In this document: piece after piece, positions 34,765 through 35,722 of the stretch
Numbering within the stretch: position 1 is the stretch's first letter
How the letters are laid out: every line of letters starts with the position of its first letter
DNA from: a virus
Taxonomy: Duplodnaviria > Caudoviricetes
Length of the DNA stretch: 35,722 nt
Direction: 5' to 3' (one strand)
IMG/VR virus record: IMGVR_UViG_3300017828_000005
Span: 1 to 35,722 of that record
Made by a program: the position numbers and the translations under genes
Notes under the pieces: model-generated
The model's input: the letters and a program-made list of their open reading frames with translations, nothing else
Database searches by the model: none
What the model was told of the DNA's origin: nothing

Positions 34765-34988
34765 CTGTATTATCATGACTGCTCTTGAGAAGATTAATAA
34801 GAGAACTGAAAAACTCGAACAAGATCTTTCTGATCTTGAAGATAGTTTGGATTATCAGGTATCTGGTAGTCCAACTGCATCTTCAATAGCTTCTCGAATA
34901 GATCAAATTGAACAAGAACTTGAGTTTCTTGAAGATCTTAAGTCTGATCTTTATTCTTTCACTTAATTGATTTCCTGTATTATCATGA
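34765..34988 (+). repeat. 14-bp direct repeat CTGTATTATCATGA spanning two start codons (34765-34778, 34975-34988)
   Basis: Exact repeat read from the sequence; partial third copy CATTATCATGA at 35266-35276. Confidence 0.8.
34775..34966 (+). CDS. Small acidic coiled-coil protein (63 aa)
   Basis: Two heptad helices; preceded by CTGTATTATC|ATG. Confidence 0.7.
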   Translation: MTALEKINKRTEKLEQDLSDLEDSLDYQVSGSPTASSIASRIDQIEQELEFLEDLKSDLYSFT

Positions 34989-35155
34989 AAGAAGACATTG
35001 AACTCCGACTCACTGGACTTAAAAACAAACTCAAAAGAGTTAAAACTAGCTACAGAAATGAAAACATAAAATCCTACAAAAGAAAACTATTTGGAGAGAA
35101 AGAAAGACTAGAAGAAGAGATTACATTTCTTGAATGTCTTCTAGAAAAATATTAG
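34985..35155 (+). CDS. Small basic coiled-coil protein (56 aa; start revised to ATG 34985)
   Basis: Same CTGTATTATC|ATG start context as the upstream gene; C-terminal helix similar to it (E.E..FLE.L). Confidence 0.65.
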   Translation: MKEDIELRLTGLKNKLKRVKTSYRNENIKSYKRKLFGEKERLEEEITFLECLLEKY

Positions 35156-35490
35156 ACTATATTTCAACCAAGAATGTAAGAGAGATGATGTTTTCTCCTC
35201 TTGGTTGATATTTATAGTTTAGATATGGTTCGGGATTTGCCCCATTCGAGAATCACATGAATCATCATTATCATGAGATTCTCTCATTCACCTTTCCCCA
35301 AAAACCCAACCAGCCATCTGACTAACCTCCAAGGCAAAAGGGGTTTTCCTCTACGAATTACTCAGGATTCGGTTTCAAGAAAAGTGAGATTCTTCACATT
35401 TTCTTTAAATTAGGTGTTTTGGGTAGGTGATTTGGTTAAAATAAGCGGGTTGGTTGGGGAATTGGATTTATTGGTTAATATTAATTCCCA
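35152..35490 (+). ncRNA. Candidate structured RNA / regulatory element
   Basis: Hairpins 35164-35208, 35248-35283 and 35457-35489, plus long-range C-rich/G-rich complementarity; no recognisable family. Confidence 0.3.
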
Positions 35491-35564
35491 CGATTTTCCA
35501 TTCATTTTGCACTATCACTAAAACTTTTCATTAGATATACGTATATCATTATGAGGTTTAGACA

Positions 35565-35669
35565 ATGCTTGAAGGAATATTCATCCTCACATTTTGTCTT
35601 CTAATGTATGCAGTATGGAGAAATCTCATTCTAACTATCTTTACTATTATCAGAAAACTACTACCATGA
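35565..35669 (+). CDS. Small membrane peptide (34 aa)
   Basis: MLEGIFILTFCLLMYAVWRNLILTIFTIIRKLLP; GAGG upstream; ATGA overlap with the next ORF. Confidence 0.5.
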   Translation: MLEGIFILTFCLLMYAVWRNLILTIFTIIRKLLP

Positions 35670-35722
35670 AAACACTCCAACCTCCCAATCACTCTGCAAG
35701 AATCACAGTAGCATACACAGAA
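35666..35722 (+). CDS. Hypothetical protein, 5' fragment (runs off window)
   Basis: MKTLQPPNHSARITVAYTE..., open to the window edge and coupled by an ATGA overlap. Confidence 0.4.
   Translation, partial: MKTLQPPNHSARITVAYTE

Noticed and set aside
34967-34984. ORF-track start (TTG) of the 62-aa ORF
   Set aside because: ATG at 34985 shares the exact 14-bp start context of the upstream paralogue and is the more plausible start.
35225-35250. GGTTCG resembling a tRNA T-loop
   Set aside because: No matching T-stem, acceptor stem or cloverleaf can be built around it.
34765-35276. CRISPR-like array from the repeated TATTATCATGA motif
   Set aside because: Only 2-3 short copies with 200-300 nt coding spacers; these are gene-start motifs, not CRISPR repeats.
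1-35722. Stop-codon reassignment (TAG/TGA recoding known in some crAss-like phages)
   Set aside because: Under the standard code the genes are full-length and tightly packed, and TAG terminates genes cleanly (e.g. 10550, 22015, 34647).

Overview
This window is part of a low-GC crAss-like phage (Crassvirales-type podovirus) genome. About 34 kb is one tightly packed minus-strand late/structural operon. In transcription order it encodes: small DNA-binding/accessory genes (RepL-like wHTH, HU/IHF-like, a tandem Acb2/Tad1-like protein), putative TerS, TerL split by an Ala-start (class 3-type) LAGLIDADG intein, portal, acidic scaffold-like protein, major capsid protein, conserved crAss structural genes (ring proteins, auxiliary capsid protein), lysis-type membrane genes, a metallophosphoesterase, three receptor-binding fibre/spike genes, muzzle (tail stabilisation) protein and ejected cargo proteins, the last of which runs off the window edge. 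Transcription switches strand at ~33.9-34.15 kb across a hairpin-rich spacer, followed by small plus-strand early genes and a highly self-complementary non-coding-like stretch. The proteins are strikingly acidic, suggesting a halophilic Bacteroidota/Balneolota/Rhodothermota host. The most notable unexplained signals are: repeated [YMA]xxGG motifs partitioning the cargo protein into modules; two fibres sharing one N-terminal anchor, one carrying a GC-rich foreign body; a four-segment attenuator-like switch upstream of the auxiliary capsid gene; the strand-switch hairpin cluster; a possibly pseudoknotted RNA at 35.15-35.49 kb; a tandem nucleotide-sponge-like protein; and a spanin-like protein with a beta-barrel-type C-terminus. 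All family assignments come from motif recognition and gene order, not database searches.
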